Shown: positions 48,802 through 58,327 of the stretch, in pieces
Layout of the letters: the number at the start of each line of letters is the position of its first letter
Numbering within the stretch: the first letter of the stretch is position 1
Origin: Candidatus Omnitrophota bacterium
GTDB lineage: Bacteria; Omnitrophota; Gorgyraeia; Gygaellales; Profunditerraquicolaceae
DNA length: 64,000 bases
NCBI GenBank assembly: GCA_041663665.1
Contig: JBAYMG010000001.1
Span: 65,482 to 129,481, forward strand
Reading direction: 5' to 3'
Made by a program: the position numbers and the translations under genes
The notes under the pieces: model-generated
The model's database searches: none
What the model was told of the DNA's origin: nothing
What the model saw: the letters and a program-made list of their open reading frames with translations, nothing else

Positions 48802-49696
48802 TTTATTTATTTTGTTTTGTCTGGTAGTTTTGCCTTTTGTTTCTCTTTATGCCCAGGATAAAATGGTAGCGATAGTAAATAATGAAATTATTACCCAGAA
48901 AGAGCTCAATGATTTTTTAAGTTTTATACGCATGCAATATTCATCTCAGCTTAAGGGAAAAGAGTTGGAAGAAAAAATGAGTTCGCTGAAACAGGATTTA
49001 CTTAAGCGTTTAATTGAAGACCGGATTATGCTCCAGGCGGCAAAAAATGAAAAAATTATTATTGAGCCGGATAGGGTAAAGGATAAAATTAATGAGATCA
49101 AGAAACGCTATAATTTAGAATCAGATTTTGAAAAAGATTTAGCCAAGCAGGGGCTGGTTCAGGCGGATTTAGAGAATAAAATTCGCGAGCAGATGTATAC
49201 CTATGCGATTATCGAGCAAAAAGTACGCTCTCGGGTAGCTGTACGTCCGGATGAGATCACTAGCTTTTACAATCAAAATAAGCGTCAGTTTGTAAAGCCG
49301 GAAGAAAGAATCCTTACGGTTTTTATTTTTCAGGATGAAGACTTAGCTAAAACTGTAAGTTACCAGCTACGCCTGGGTACAAAAATAGAGGATTTGGCAG
49401 GGAAGTATCCTTTTGCCCAGGATACTCTTTCTGCTTCGCAGGGGCAGGAATTGCGCAGCGAGATTGAAAATACGGTTTTTAAATTAGGAATTAGCGAGGT
49501 GTCCAGTCCGGTTAAGGTGGACAAACAGTATTATATTTTTAGATTAGATAATATTATCGGTAGCCAGCAGATGAGCCTGGTTCAGTCGCAGGATAAGATT
49601 CAGGCATTTTTATTTGAAAAGAAATTGCAGGAAGAAATGGTAAAGTGGTTAAATGAGCTTAAAAAACAATCCTACATTAAAATATTCGAAAATTAG
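48776..49696 (+). CDS. SurA-like periplasmic chaperone / PpiC-type peptidyl-prolyl isomerase
   Basis: Signal peptide, SurA_N-like helical region and one parvulin-like domain. Sits in the surA position upstream of pdxA-ksgA. Confidence 0.6.
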   Translation: MFLMKRITSLFILFCLVVLPFVSLYAQDKMVAIVNNEIITQKELNDFLSFIRMQYSSQLKGKELEEKMSSLKQDLLKRLIEDRIMLQAAKNEKIIIEPDRVKDKINEIKKRYNLESDFEKDLAKQGLVQADLENKIREQMYTYAIIEQKVRSRVAVRPDEITSFYNQNKRQFVKPEERILTVFIFQDEDLAKTVSYQLRLGTKIEDLAGKYPFAQDTLSASQGQELRSEIENTVFKLGISEVSSPVKVDKQYYIFRLDNIIGSQQMSLVQSQDKIQAFLFEKKLQEEMVKWLNELKKQSYIKIFEN

Positions 49697-50645
49697 AGTT
49701 GGTTTGACCATCGGTGATCCCGCAGGAATCGGCCCGGCAATTACTTTAAAAGCATTTAAAGCCTTAAGGAATATTGTAAATTTTACAATTATCGGCGATA
49801 GTTTTGTTTTAAGTCGACAGGCTAGTGTCTTGGGGCTTAAGCCTTTTGATGCTGAGTTGGTAGATTTAAATAATATTCAGAAAGAAAATTTTGTTCCGGG
49901 TAAATTAACAGCTCGGGGAGGGCGAGCTTCTCTTGAATATCTGGATAAAGCCCTACAGCTGCTCAAAGAAGATAAGATTGATTGTTTAGTGACCAGCCCC
50001 ATCTCTAAGGAAGCAATTAACTCAGCCGGTGCCAAGTTTTCAGGGCATACTGAGTATTTAGCCAAGAAAACAGGCTCTGGTGATTTATTGATGATGTTGT
50101 TGAACGATAAATTAAAATTCAGCTTAGTAACCAGGCATATTGCGCTTTCACAAGTCTCGAAGGCATTGACTAAGAAAAATTTAGAAAATAATATATTAAA
50201 TACGATTAGCTGCTTAAGGTCATTATTTTTAATTGAAAAACCGAGTTTGGTTGTTTGCGGATTAAATCCGCATGCTTCGGATAATGGAGTAATCGGCAAA
50301 GAGGAGCAAGAAATAATTAATCCGGTAGTTAAAAGCTTAAAGAATAAAGTTAAGGGGGCACTTATTGCCGGCCCATTTTCAGCAGATGTAGCAGTGCTTA
50401 AGAATTTTGAGCGAAAATTTGATTGCGTAATTGCGATGTATCATGACCAAGCACTGATACCTTTAAAACTAACAGGTTTTAATAGCGGAGTGAATCTTAC
50501 CTTCGGTTTACCTTTTGTCCGGACTTCACCGTTACATGGCACTGCTTTTGATATCGCCCATAAGCCTGCCTTAGCCAATCCTGATTCTTTGATTGCTGCA
50601 ATTAAGCTTGCCATAAAATGTACATTAAACCAAAAAAAAGCTTAG
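49653..50645 (+). CDS. pdxA: 4-hydroxythreonine-4-phosphate dehydrogenase
   Basis: IRVGLTIGDPAGIGP and HGTAFDIA motifs. 330 aa. The start may be downstream of the overlap with the preceding gene. Confidence 0.85.
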   Translation: MSLKNNPTLKYSKIRVGLTIGDPAGIGPAITLKAFKALRNIVNFTIIGDSFVLSRQASVLGLKPFDAELVDLNNIQKENFVPGKLTARGGRASLEYLDKALQLLKEDKIDCLVTSPISKEAINSAGAKFSGHTEYLAKKTGSGDLLMMLLNDKLKFSLVTRHIALSQVSKALTKKNLENNILNTISCLRSLFLIEKPSLVVCGLNPHASDNGVIGKEEQEIINPVVKSLKNKVKGALIAGPFSADVAVLKNFERKFDCVIAMYHDQALIPLKLTGFNSGVNLTFGLPFVRTSPLHGTAFDIAHKPALANPDSLIAAIKLAIKCTLNQKKA

Positions 50646-51445
50646 GCCAGAATTTTCTTATTGATCAGAATATCCAAAGAAAAATAGTCAAGGCTTGTAA
50701 TTTGTCTAAAGAGGATATTGTTTTAGAGGTTGGCTCCGGTTCGGGGCAGTTGACAACCGGCTTTGCCCAGTTGGTTAATAAAGTTTATGCCTTAGAGGTT
50801 GATTCCCGTTTACATCAAGGGCTTGAGCTAAAATTAATTAAATATGATAATTGCCAGGTTATAAAAAGTGATATCTTAAAATTTGATATAAAAGAGTTTT
50901 TGCAGGAAAATAACATAAAACAGAAAATTAAAGTAATTGGAAATATTCCTTATTATATTTCCAGCCCGATAATTGAGCATTTAATTACTTACCGTGATAA
51001 TATTGCACAGGCTTTTATGACGGTACAGAAAGAGTTTGCCCGCAGGGTAGTAGCTGGTCCCGGTTCAAAAGAATACGGTTCTTTTAGCTGTTTCGTCCAG
51101 TATTATGCTCAAAGCCAAATACTTTTTGAAATTAAGAATACATGTTTTAGGCCTGCGCCAAAAGTCGATTCCTGTTTTTTATCTTTAAATTTTAGAAATA
51201 ATCCTGTTGTAATAGTTGAAGACGAAGAGATGCTTTTTAAAATAATCCGCGCGGCATTTGGCCAAAGGAGGAAAACTTTACGTAATAGTTTGAGTGATTT
51301 TATAAATCCGCCGGAACTTGAGGAGTTCCTCAAAAGTGCCGGTATCGATAAGAATATCCGGCCGGAAGATTTAACTTTAGGGCAATTTGGAGAGTTATTA
51401 AAAAAAGTAAAAAAAAATCTTGACAAACAACTCAACTTAAGATAA
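50618..51445 (+). CDS. rsmA: 16S rRNA (adenine1518/1519-N6) dimethyltransferase
   Basis: KKSLGQNFLID and VLEVGSGSGQLT motifs. 275 aa. Confidence 0.9.
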   Translation: MYIKPKKSLGQNFLIDQNIQRKIVKACNLSKEDIVLEVGSGSGQLTTGFAQLVNKVYALEVDSRLHQGLELKLIKYDNCQVIKSDILKFDIKEFLQENNIKQKIKVIGNIPYYISSPIIEHLITYRDNIAQAFMTVQKEFARRVVAGPGSKEYGSFSCFVQYYAQSQILFEIKNTCFRPAPKVDSCFLSLNFRNNPVVIVEDEEMLFKIIRAAFGQRRKTLRNSLSDFINPPELEEFLKSAGIDKNIRPEDLTLGQFGELLKKVKKNLDKQLNLR

Positions 51446-51448
51446 AAT
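51420..51448 (+). promoter_or_regulatory. Sigma70-like promoter (TTGACA-17-TAAAAT) overlapping the rsmA stop, oriented toward tRNA-Thr/rpmG
   Basis: ttgacaaacaactcaacttaagataaaat. Confidence 0.4.
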
Positions 51449-51584
51449 CCTTTACTTGCATAAATCAAAGTTTTAAATTATTTTTAACTTACAGTTTTAT
51501 TACCGAAGAAAGAGATTTGAAAAATTTCTTAAGGGTAAGATTTTTTTTGTTTCTTAGCTTTACCAACAAAGCAAACTCGATTAT

Positions 51585-51657
51585 GCTGGAGTAGCTCAGT
51601 TGGCAGAGCACGTCCTTGGTAAGGACGGGGTCACGAGTTCAATTCTCGTCTCCAGCT
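51585..51657 (+). tRNA. tRNA-Thr (anticodon GGT)
   Basis: Cloverleaf gctggag/ctccagc acceptor stem, anticodon loop cttGGTaag, T-arm ggtcacGAGTTCAATTctcgt. 73 nt. Confidence 0.85.
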
Positions 51658-51773
51658 TAAATTGGCTGCAAGGCCATACCGGCGCAATACCTTATAAGCG
51701 CCGGGTGTTTAAGCTAAAATTTATGGAACGAGCGCAGCAACCAGAGAGTTAAGCGGTAAAGGATAATAAAAAT

Positions 51774-51923
51774 ATGCGCGAAACTATAACTTTAGAATGT
51801 ACGGTTTGTAAGAATAGAAATTATACGACGGCAAAGAATAAAAAATTGCATCAGGATAGGCTTGAGCTTAGTAAGTTCTGCAATTCCTGTCATAAGCATA
51901 CCCCGCATAGAGAGATTAAATAA
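51774..51923 (+). CDS. rpmG: 50S ribosomal protein L33 (not in the ORF track, 49 aa)
   Basis: Translates to [49 protein letters not shown], which has the CxxC...CxxC zinc ribbon typical of L33. Lies in the conserved position before tRNA-Trp-secE-nusG. Confidence 0.8.
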   Translation: MRETITLECTVCKNRNYTTAKNKKLHQDRLELSKFCNSCHKHTPHREIK

Positions 51924-51926
51924 TTT

Positions 51927-51997
51927 AGGGGCGTCGGTTAATGGCAAACCAACGGTCTCCAAAACCGTGACTGCAGGTTCAAGTCCTGCCGCTCCTG
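51927..51997 (+). tRNA. tRNA-Trp (anticodon CCA)
   Basis: Acceptor aggggcg/cgctcct, anticodon loop ctCCAaa, T-arm gcaggTTCAAGTcctgc. Classic rpmG-tRNATrp-secE arrangement. Confidence 0.8.
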
Positions 51998-52024
51998 TAG
52001 TTTTGGGGATGGGTTTAAAGTTAT

Positions 52025-52225
52025 TTGAAAAATATGAATATTTTAGCGAAGCCGATAAATTTTTTAAATGAAGTAAGAAGCGAATTAGGTAAAGTTGCCT
52101 GGTCAACAAAAAAAGAATTAATTGCTTCAACGGTTTTAGTAATTACGATTACGGCAATAATGACAATTTTTATTGGGATAGTTGATCTGGGGTTATCCAG
52201 ATTTCTAAGTGTGGTTTTTAGATGA
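52025..52225 (+). CDS. secE: Preprotein translocase subunit SecE
   Basis: 66 aa with a single C-terminal TM segment and KVAWSTKKE motif. Confidence 0.85.
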   Translation: MKNMNILAKPINFLNEVRSELGKVAWSTKKELIASTVLVITITAIMTIFIGIVDLGLSRFLSVVFR

Positions 52226-52749
52226 AAAATTGGTACGTTGTACATACGCAAACCGGAATTGAAGAAAAAGTAAAGGCATCTTTAGAAAAGAGCATTATTA
52301 CTAAAGGCCTGCAAGAAGTAATTACTAACGTAGTTATTCCTACCGAACAGGTTTCTGAGGTGCGTGCGGGAAAGAAAAAGATTACGTTAAGAAAATTTTT
52401 TCCCGGATATTTACTGGTCGAAATGCAATTAAGTGAAGAAACATATTTATTTGTTAAGAATTCTCCCGGAGTTACCGGTTTCATCGGTTTAGGCCGAAAG
52501 CCTGTTGCGCTTCCCCAGGAAGAAGTAGATAATATACTTAAGCGTACTAAAGATACTGCAGCTAAGCCTTCACCAAAAATCGTTTTTGAAAAAGGCGAGC
52601 AGGTTAGGGTTAATGAAGGCCCGTTCTTAAATTTTAATGGCACAATCGAAGAGGTTTATCCTGAAAAAGGAAAAATTAAGGTAAGTGTTTCTATTTTTGG
52701 CCGTTCTACTCCAGTTGAGTTAGAATATTGGCAGGTGGAGAAAGTTTAA
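52222..52749 (+). CDS. nusG: Transcription termination/antitermination factor NusG
   Basis: [18 protein letters not shown] domain and a C-terminal KOW domain ([11 protein letters not shown]). Confidence 0.9.
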   Translation: MKNWYVVHTQTGIEEKVKASLEKSIITKGLQEVITNVVIPTEQVSEVRAGKKKITLRKFFPGYLLVEMQLSEETYLFVKNSPGVTGFIGLGRKPVALPQEEVDNILKRTKDTAAKPSPKIVFEKGEQVRVNEGPFLNFNGTIEEVYPEKGKIKVSVSIFGRSTPVELEYWQVEKV

Positions 52750-52751
52750 CT

Positions 52752-53177
52752 ATGGCAAAACCAATTAAAGCACAGATCAAACTACATGTACCAGCAGCTC
52801 AGGCAAATCCGGCTCCGCCGGTTGGGCCCGCATTAGGCCAGCATGGCGTTAACATTATGCAGTTTTGTAAACAGTTTAATGATCAGACTAAAGGCCGCGA
52901 TGGTTTAATTTTGCCGGTAATTATCAGTGTCTATGAAGATAGAAGCTTTACCTTTATTATAAAGAGCCCGCCTTCATCTATTCTATTAAAGAGGGCAGCA
53001 AATTTGGCTAAAGCCTCAGGTACAAGCGGTAAAGAGACTATCGGTAAGGTAACTAAAAAACAGGTTGAGGATATTGCAAAGCTAAAGCTCATCGATCTTA
53101 ATACTAATAATATGGAAAAGGCTGTTAAGAGCATTGAAGGAACTGCCCGCAGTATGGGTATTGCCATTGAAGGATAA
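52752..53177 (+). CDS. rplK: 50S ribosomal protein L11
   Basis: [34 protein letters not shown]. Start moved to the ATG at 52752, immediately after the nusG stop. Confidence 0.9.
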   Translation: MAKPIKAQIKLHVPAAQANPAPPVGPALGQHGVNIMQFCKQFNDQTKGRDGLILPVIISVYEDRSFTFIIKSPPSSILLKRAANLAKASGTSGKETIGKVTKKQVEDIAKLKLIDLNTNNMEKAVKSIEGTARSMGIAIEG

Positions 53178-53179
53178 AG

Positions 53180-53860
53180 ATGAAAATACTAAGCAAGAGA
53201 TATAAAGAATCAGCTAAGCAGGTAGAGCCAAATAAGTTCTATCAACTAAAAGAAGCTATTGCTATATTAAAAAAATTACCTAAGCCGAAATTTGACGGTT
53301 CGGTTGATTTGCATTTTAATTTAAGCGTTGACACTAAAAAGAGCGATCAGATGATCCGCGGTACGGTTGTCCTTCCGCATGGTACCGGTAAAAAAGTACG
53401 CGTTGCAGTATTCTGCAAAGGTGAACATGAGCGGCAGGCAAGAGAGGCAAAAGCAGATTATGTCGGAGCCAATGAATTAATGGATAAAGTTGCTGCCGGA
53501 TTCCTTGATTTTGATTGCGCTATAGCTACCCCGGAAATGATGAAAGATTTAAGTAAGCTAGGGAAAGTGTTAGGGCCTCGCGGTTTGATGCCTAGTCCTA
53601 AGACCGGCACAGTTACTAACGATATTGCCAAAGCCATTGAAGATGTAAGAAAAGGAAAAGTTGAGTTTCGCGTGGATAAGCAGGGCGGAATACATCTATC
53701 TATTGGTAAAATTTCTTTTGATGAAAATCAGATTAATGACAACGCTTCAAAAGTAATTGAAGCGGTTAATGAATCAAGGCCAGCCTCGGTAAAAGGTAAA
53801 TTTGTAAAAAGTTTAGACATAACTACTTCCATGAACCCGGGATTAAGGATTACTTGTTAA
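53180..53860 (+). CDS. rplA: 50S ribosomal protein L1
   Basis: 226 aa. L1 motifs (FDGSVDLHFNL, GKKVRVAVF). Confidence 0.9.
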   Translation: MKILSKRYKESAKQVEPNKFYQLKEAIAILKKLPKPKFDGSVDLHFNLSVDTKKSDQMIRGTVVLPHGTGKKVRVAVFCKGEHERQAREAKADYVGANELMDKVAAGFLDFDCAIATPEMMKDLSKLGKVLGPRGLMPSPKTGTVTNDIAKAIEDVRKGKVEFRVDKQGGIHLSIGKISFDENQINDNASKVIEAVNESRPASVKGKFVKSLDITTSMNPGLRITC

Positions 53861-53861
53861 A

Positions 53862-54395
53862 ATGAAAAAAATAGGATTATTAGTTAAAGAAGTATCAGAG
53901 CAACGCATCAAAGAAAGTTTTAAATCTTGTAAAGGTTTAATCATTGTAAAATATTCTGGAGTATCTAGTCCGGACATGTGTAGCTTAAGGAAAATTCTTA
54001 AAGGCACAGGTTCGGACCTTTTTGTTGTTAAAAATAGTATTGCCAGAAGGGCAATGACGGAATTAGGCTTGAAGGATTTGATCAAGTCTGTCGAAACCCC
54101 AAGTGCTATGATCTTTTTTAAAGATGAGCCGGTTGATGTTTCTAAGATATTATGTGCTTTTCGCAAGGAACATGCGAAGCTGGTTTTAGAAGGCGGATTG
54201 TTAGGCGATAAATTGTTAAGTTTAAAAGATATAGAAAAAATGAGTACGCTTCCTTCGAAAGATGTACTCAGGACTCAGGTGGTTGTTGCTTTAAATGCTC
54301 CAATTTTAAAATTAGTAATTGTCTTAAATCAGACTTTAACTAAATTCGTATATTGTTTAGATCAAATTAAACAGAATAAAGAAAAAAATAATTAA
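53862..54395 (+). CDS. rplJ: 50S ribosomal protein L10
   Basis: 177 aa, L10 family. Starts 1 nt after the rplA stop. Confidence 0.85.
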   Translation: MKKIGLLVKEVSEQRIKESFKSCKGLIIVKYSGVSSPDMCSLRKILKGTGSDLFVVKNSIARRAMTELGLKDLIKSVETPSAMIFFKDEPVDVSKILCAFRKEHAKLVLEGGLLGDKLLSLKDIEKMSTLPSKDVLRTQVVVALNAPILKLVIVLNQTLTKFVYCLDQIKQNKEKNN

Positions 54396-54430
54396 TTTAT
54401 AAAATCAAATTAACAAAACAGGAGGAAGAG

Positions 54431-54814
54431 ATGTCAACTGCAAAATTGGAAGATTTAATCAAGTCTATTGAAACAATGAGCGTACTTGAGCTTTCTGACC
54501 TAGTTAAAGCTTTAGAGGAAAAATTTGGAGTAAGTGCTAATGTCCCGATGGCCGCTGCCGCACCTGCTGCCGGAGCCGCTGCCGCACCTGCTGCCGAGGA
54601 ACAAACCATTTTTACTATTATGTTGACTAATGCCGGGGCAAACAAGATCGCGGTAATTAAGGAAGTCCGTACTATTACAGCTCTTGGTTTGAAAGAGGCT
54701 AAGGATTTAGTTGATGCTGCTCCTAAGGCAATTAAAGAAAACGTAAATAAAGAAGAAGCTACAGAAATTAAAAAGAAGTTAGAAGCAGCTGGAGCTACCG
54801 TAGAATTAAAGTAA
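54431..54814 (+). CDS. rplL: 50S ribosomal protein L7/L12
   Basis: Ala/Pro-rich hinge ([16 protein letters not shown]) and C-terminal [20 protein letters not shown]. Confidence 0.95.
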   Translation: MSTAKLEDLIKSIETMSVLELSDLVKALEEKFGVSANVPMAAAAPAAGAAAAPAAEEQTIFTIMLTNAGANKIAVIKEVRTITALGLKEAKDLVDAAPKAIKENVNKEEATEIKKKLEAAGATVELK

Positions 54815-54922
54815 GATTAAGTAAGTTTAGGTAATTTTAATTAAGTCTAGTTAAGTAATAATAATTTAAAAAGTCAATTAAGTAAAATTAGATAAATAGT
54901 TTCGTGACGATCCATAATAACT

Positions 54923-57900
54923 ATGATTAAACGAAAAAATTTCGCAAAGATAAAAGAAGTTTATGATTTACCCAATCTTCTAGATGTTCAGCTGGATACT
55001 TATCGTGAATTTCTTCAAATGGATGTGCCAACTTCTGAAAAAAAGAACCAGGGGTTGCAGGAAGTTTTTGGAGAAATATTTCCTATTGAAAATTCTGACC
55101 GTTCTGTAAAGTTGGAATTTATAAGTTATTCTTTAGGGAAACCTAAATATACGATGAGCGAATCAAGAAACCGTTCATTAACGTATGCTGCTCCGTTAAA
55201 AGTAAAATTTCGCTTAACGACACCCCGCGAAACAAAAGAACAGGATGCGTATTTTGGTGAAATACCGCTGATGACTGAAACTGGTACTTTTATTGTTAAT
55301 GGTGATGAGCGCGTGGTAGTCAGCCAGTTACAGCGTTCTCCGGGTGTTTCTTTTGAAGAGGAATTACATCCTACCGGGAAAAAGATTTTTTACGGACGAG
55401 TTATTCCTTACCGTGGAGCCTGGCTGGAATTTAAATACGATCTTTCTGAAACAATCACCGCTTATGTTGACCGACGCAGGAATTTCCCCGCAACGCAAAT
55501 TTTAAGAATTCTTGGGTTCTCCGAAGACAGCCAAATATTTGCTGCTTTTGGTAAAGAACATCCTGAAATTGTTAATACCTTAAAAAAAGATTATACTAAA
55601 AATAAAGAAGAAGCTTACCTTGATTTTTACCGCAAGATGCGGCCTACGGAACCGGTAACCAAAGAGGCTGCTGAAGGTTTATTTTATAGATTATTTTTTG
55701 ATCCGGCCAGATATGATTTAGAAAGAGCAGGGCGTTTTATTTTAAATCGTAAACTAGGCATGGATGTATCTTTAGAAAAAAGAATACTTGATTCTGATAC
55801 AGTAATTAAGGTAATCGAGTATTTAATCAAACTTAACGCCGGTACCGGAAAAATTGACGATATCGACCATTTGGGAAACCGACGTATTAAAAGTGTCGGC
55901 GAGTTAGTCCAAAATCAGGTACGCATTGGTTTATCACGCGTCGAGCGTTCAATTAAAGAGCGATTAAGCATTTTAGGTGAATTTGATAATTTAAATGTGC
56001 ATTATTTGGTTAATTCTAAACTTTTGAGTAATCAGATCCGTGATTTTTTTGGACGCAGCCAATTGTCTCAGTTTATGGATCAGATTAATCCTTTGGCTGA
56101 AATGACTCATAAACGCCGCTTAAGTGCTTTAGGGCCAGGCGGGCTTTCACGTGAAAGAGCGGGATTTGAAGTTCGAGATATTCATCCGTCACATTACGGC
56201 CGAGTTTGCCCTATTGAGACTCCGGAAGGCCCAAACATCGGTTTAATTGCATCTTTAAGCTGTTTTGCACGAATTAATGCTTTAGGTTTAATCGAGACCC
56301 CTTATCGTAAAGTAGAAGATGGCCGCGTAACTAAAAAATTTGAATATTTAACTGCCGATATCGAGGAAGATAAATTCATTGCTCAAGCAGATGCTCCTTT
56401 AGATAGCGAAGGGCGTTTTGCAGACAAATTCGTTATTTGCCGCTATAAAGATGACTTCCCGAAAGTTCCTGCTAAAGATGTTCAATATATGGATGTTTCT
56501 GCGAAACAGTTGGTTTCTGTGGCTGCTTCATTAATTCCTTTCTTAGAGCATGACGATGCTAATCGTGCTTTGATGGGATCAAATATGCAAAGACAGGCTG
56601 TTCCGTTAATGATTACTGAAGCTCCTTTAGTCGGTACCGATATGGAAGGCAAAGTTGCTCAAGATTCCGGTACAGTAGTTATGGCTCAAGATTCCGGAAA
56701 AGTAACCAGCGTTGATGCGTCATCAATTACTGTAGGAAAGAAAATTTATCATTTGAAAAAATTCTTACGTACTAATGCTGATACTTCGATAAATCAAAGG
56801 CCTTTAGTGCAATTAGGTGATCATGTAGATGCTGGGCAGGCAATTGGCGATGGTATTGGCACCAAAGAAGGCGAGTTGGCCTTAGGTAAGAATGTTTTAG
56901 TCGCCTTGATGCCTTGGAGAGGTTATAACTTCGAAGATGCCATTCTTATTAGCGAACGATTAGTTAAATTAGATACATTTACTTCAATTCACATTGAAGA
57001 ATTTAATATTGAAGCTGCCGAAACAAGGTTGGGTAACGAAGAAATTACTCGTGATATTCCTAATGTTAGTGAAGAAGCCTTAAGAAATCTTGATGAGGAT
57101 GGGATAATCCGGGTCGGAGCTGAAGTTGCCGCCGGAGATATTTTAGTTGGTAAAATTACTCCTAAAACTGATTCTGAGCCTAGCCCTGAAGAGAGATTAT
57201 TGCGTGCAATTTTCGGTGAAAAGGCCGGAGATGTCCGGGACACTTCATTAGTTGTTCCTCCGGGAGTAGAAGGCGTAGTTATTGATGTCCATGTCTTTCA
57301 GCGTAAAGATCGCGGCCGTAAAAGTAAAGAAGAGAAAACTAAAGAATTGGCTAAGATCCGTGAGCTTAGGGCTTACTATAAACAGGAAATTGAATTTTTG
57401 CAGGTTGAGAAAACATTACGTTTATCGCAAGAGTTGGGTATAGATAAGAAAAAAGTTGAGAAGTTTGATCTTAGTGAAAATGAAGAGGCGAAGATATTAG
57501 CTGCATCTTTTGATGAGCAAATGTCAGAATTATTGGCCGAGGAAGAGCAGGAAGTTGAAAAGATCCGCCGCGGTGATGAATTACCGACCGGCATTTTGAA
57601 ACGGGTTGTGGTTTATGTTGCTACAAAACGTAAACTTTCTGAAGGTGATAAACTTGCCGGAAGGCATGGTAATAAGGGTGTAGTTGCCAGGATTATTCCT
57701 GAAGAAAATATGCCTTATATGCCTGACGGCACTCCGGTGGATGTAGTTTTAAACCCATTAGGTGTCCCTTCGCGTATGAACGTTGGGCAGATTCTCGAAT
57801 GCCATTTAGGTTGGGCGGCAAAAGTATTAAATATGCATGTTAGCTGCCCAGTTTTCGATGGCGCAAAAGAAGGCGAAATTAAAGAATTACTCAAGAAGGC

Positions 57901-58327
57901 CGGCCTTCCCGAGGATGGAAAGATTACTCTTTATGATGGTTATAGCGGTGAGGCATTTGATCAAAAAGTCACTGTTGGATATATGTATATTTTGAAACTC
58001 ATCCATTTAGTTGATGAGAAGATTCATGCTCGTTCTATTGGCCCTTATTCCTTGGTTACTCAGCAGCCACTCGGTGGTAAAGCTCAGTTTGGTGGCCAGA
58101 GATTAGGTGAAATGGAAGTTTGGGCACTTGAAGCTTATGGCGCAGCATTCACTTTGCAGGAAATGCTTACTGTTAAGAGTGACGACGTTAGCGGTAGAAC
58201 ACGTATCTATGAAGCAATTGTAAAAGGTGAACAGCGCTTGACTCATGGTACACCTGAGTCATTTAATGTTTTAATCAAAGAACTACAAGGCCTATGCCTT
58301 GATATCAAAACAGAAAAGGCTAAATAA
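54923..58327 (+). CDS. rpoB: DNA-directed RNA polymerase beta subunit
   Basis: 1134 aa. Conserved rpoB blocks ([38 protein letters not shown]). Confidence 0.95.
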   Translation: MIKRKNFAKIKEVYDLPNLLDVQLDTYREFLQMDVPTSEKKNQGLQEVFGEIFPIENSDRSVKLEFISYSLGKPKYTMSESRNRSLTYAAPLKVKFRLTTPRETKEQDAYFGEIPLMTETGTFIVNGDERVVVSQLQRSPGVSFEEELHPTGKKIFYGRVIPYRGAWLEFKYDLSETITAYVDRRRNFPATQILRILGFSEDSQIFAAFGKEHPEIVNTLKKDYTKNKEEAYLDFYRKMRPTEPVTKEAAEGLFYRLFFDPARYDLERAGRFILNRKLGMDVSLEKRILDSDTVIKVIEYLIKLNAGTGKIDDIDHLGNRRIKSVGELVQNQVRIGLSRVERSIKERLSILGEFDNLNVHYLVNSKLLSNQIRDFFGRSQLSQFMDQINPLAEMTHKRRLSALGPGGLSRERAGFEVRDIHPSHYGRVCPIETPEGPNIGLIASLSCFARINALGLIETPYRKVEDGRVTKKFEYLTADIEEDKFIAQADAPLDSEGRFADKFVICRYKDDFPKVPAKDVQYMDVSAKQLVSVAASLIPFLEHDDANRALMGSNMQRQAVPLMITEAPLVGTDMEGKVAQDSGTVVMAQDSGKVTSVDASSITVGKKIYHLKKFLRTNADTSINQRPLVQLGDHVDAGQAIGDGIGTKEGELALGKNVLVALMPWRGYNFEDAILISERLVKLDTFTSIHIEEFNIEAAETRLGNEEITRDIPNVSEEALRNLDEDGIIRVGAEVAAGDILVGKITPKTDSEPSPEERLLRAIFGEKAGDVRDTSLVVPPGVEGVVIDVHVFQRKDRGRKSKEEKTKELAKIRELRAYYKQEIEFLQVEKTLRLSQELGIDKKKVEKFDLSENEEAKILAASFDEQMSELLAEEEQEVEKIRRGDELPTGILKRVVVYVATKRKLSEGDKLAGRHGNKGVVARIIPEENMPYMPDGTPVDVVLNPLGVPSRMNVGQILECHLGWAAKVLNMHVSCPVFDGAKEGEIKELLKKAGLPEDGKITLYDGYSGEAFDQKVTVGYMYILKLIHLVDEKIHARSIGPYSLVTQQPLGGKAQFGGQRLGEMEVWALEAYGAAFTLQEMLTVKSDDVSGRTRIYEAIVKGEQRLTHGTPESFNVLIKELQGLCLDIKTEKAK

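Noticed and set aside
51660-51773. Possible extra tRNA or small RNA between tRNA-Thr and rpmG; hairpin ccggcgc-N12-gcgccgg at 51679..51704
   Set aside because: No cloverleaf elements (no T-loop GTTCRA, no D-arm). The hairpin may be a weak terminator or processing site after tRNA-Thr but is not followed by a clear U-tract. Not called as a feature.
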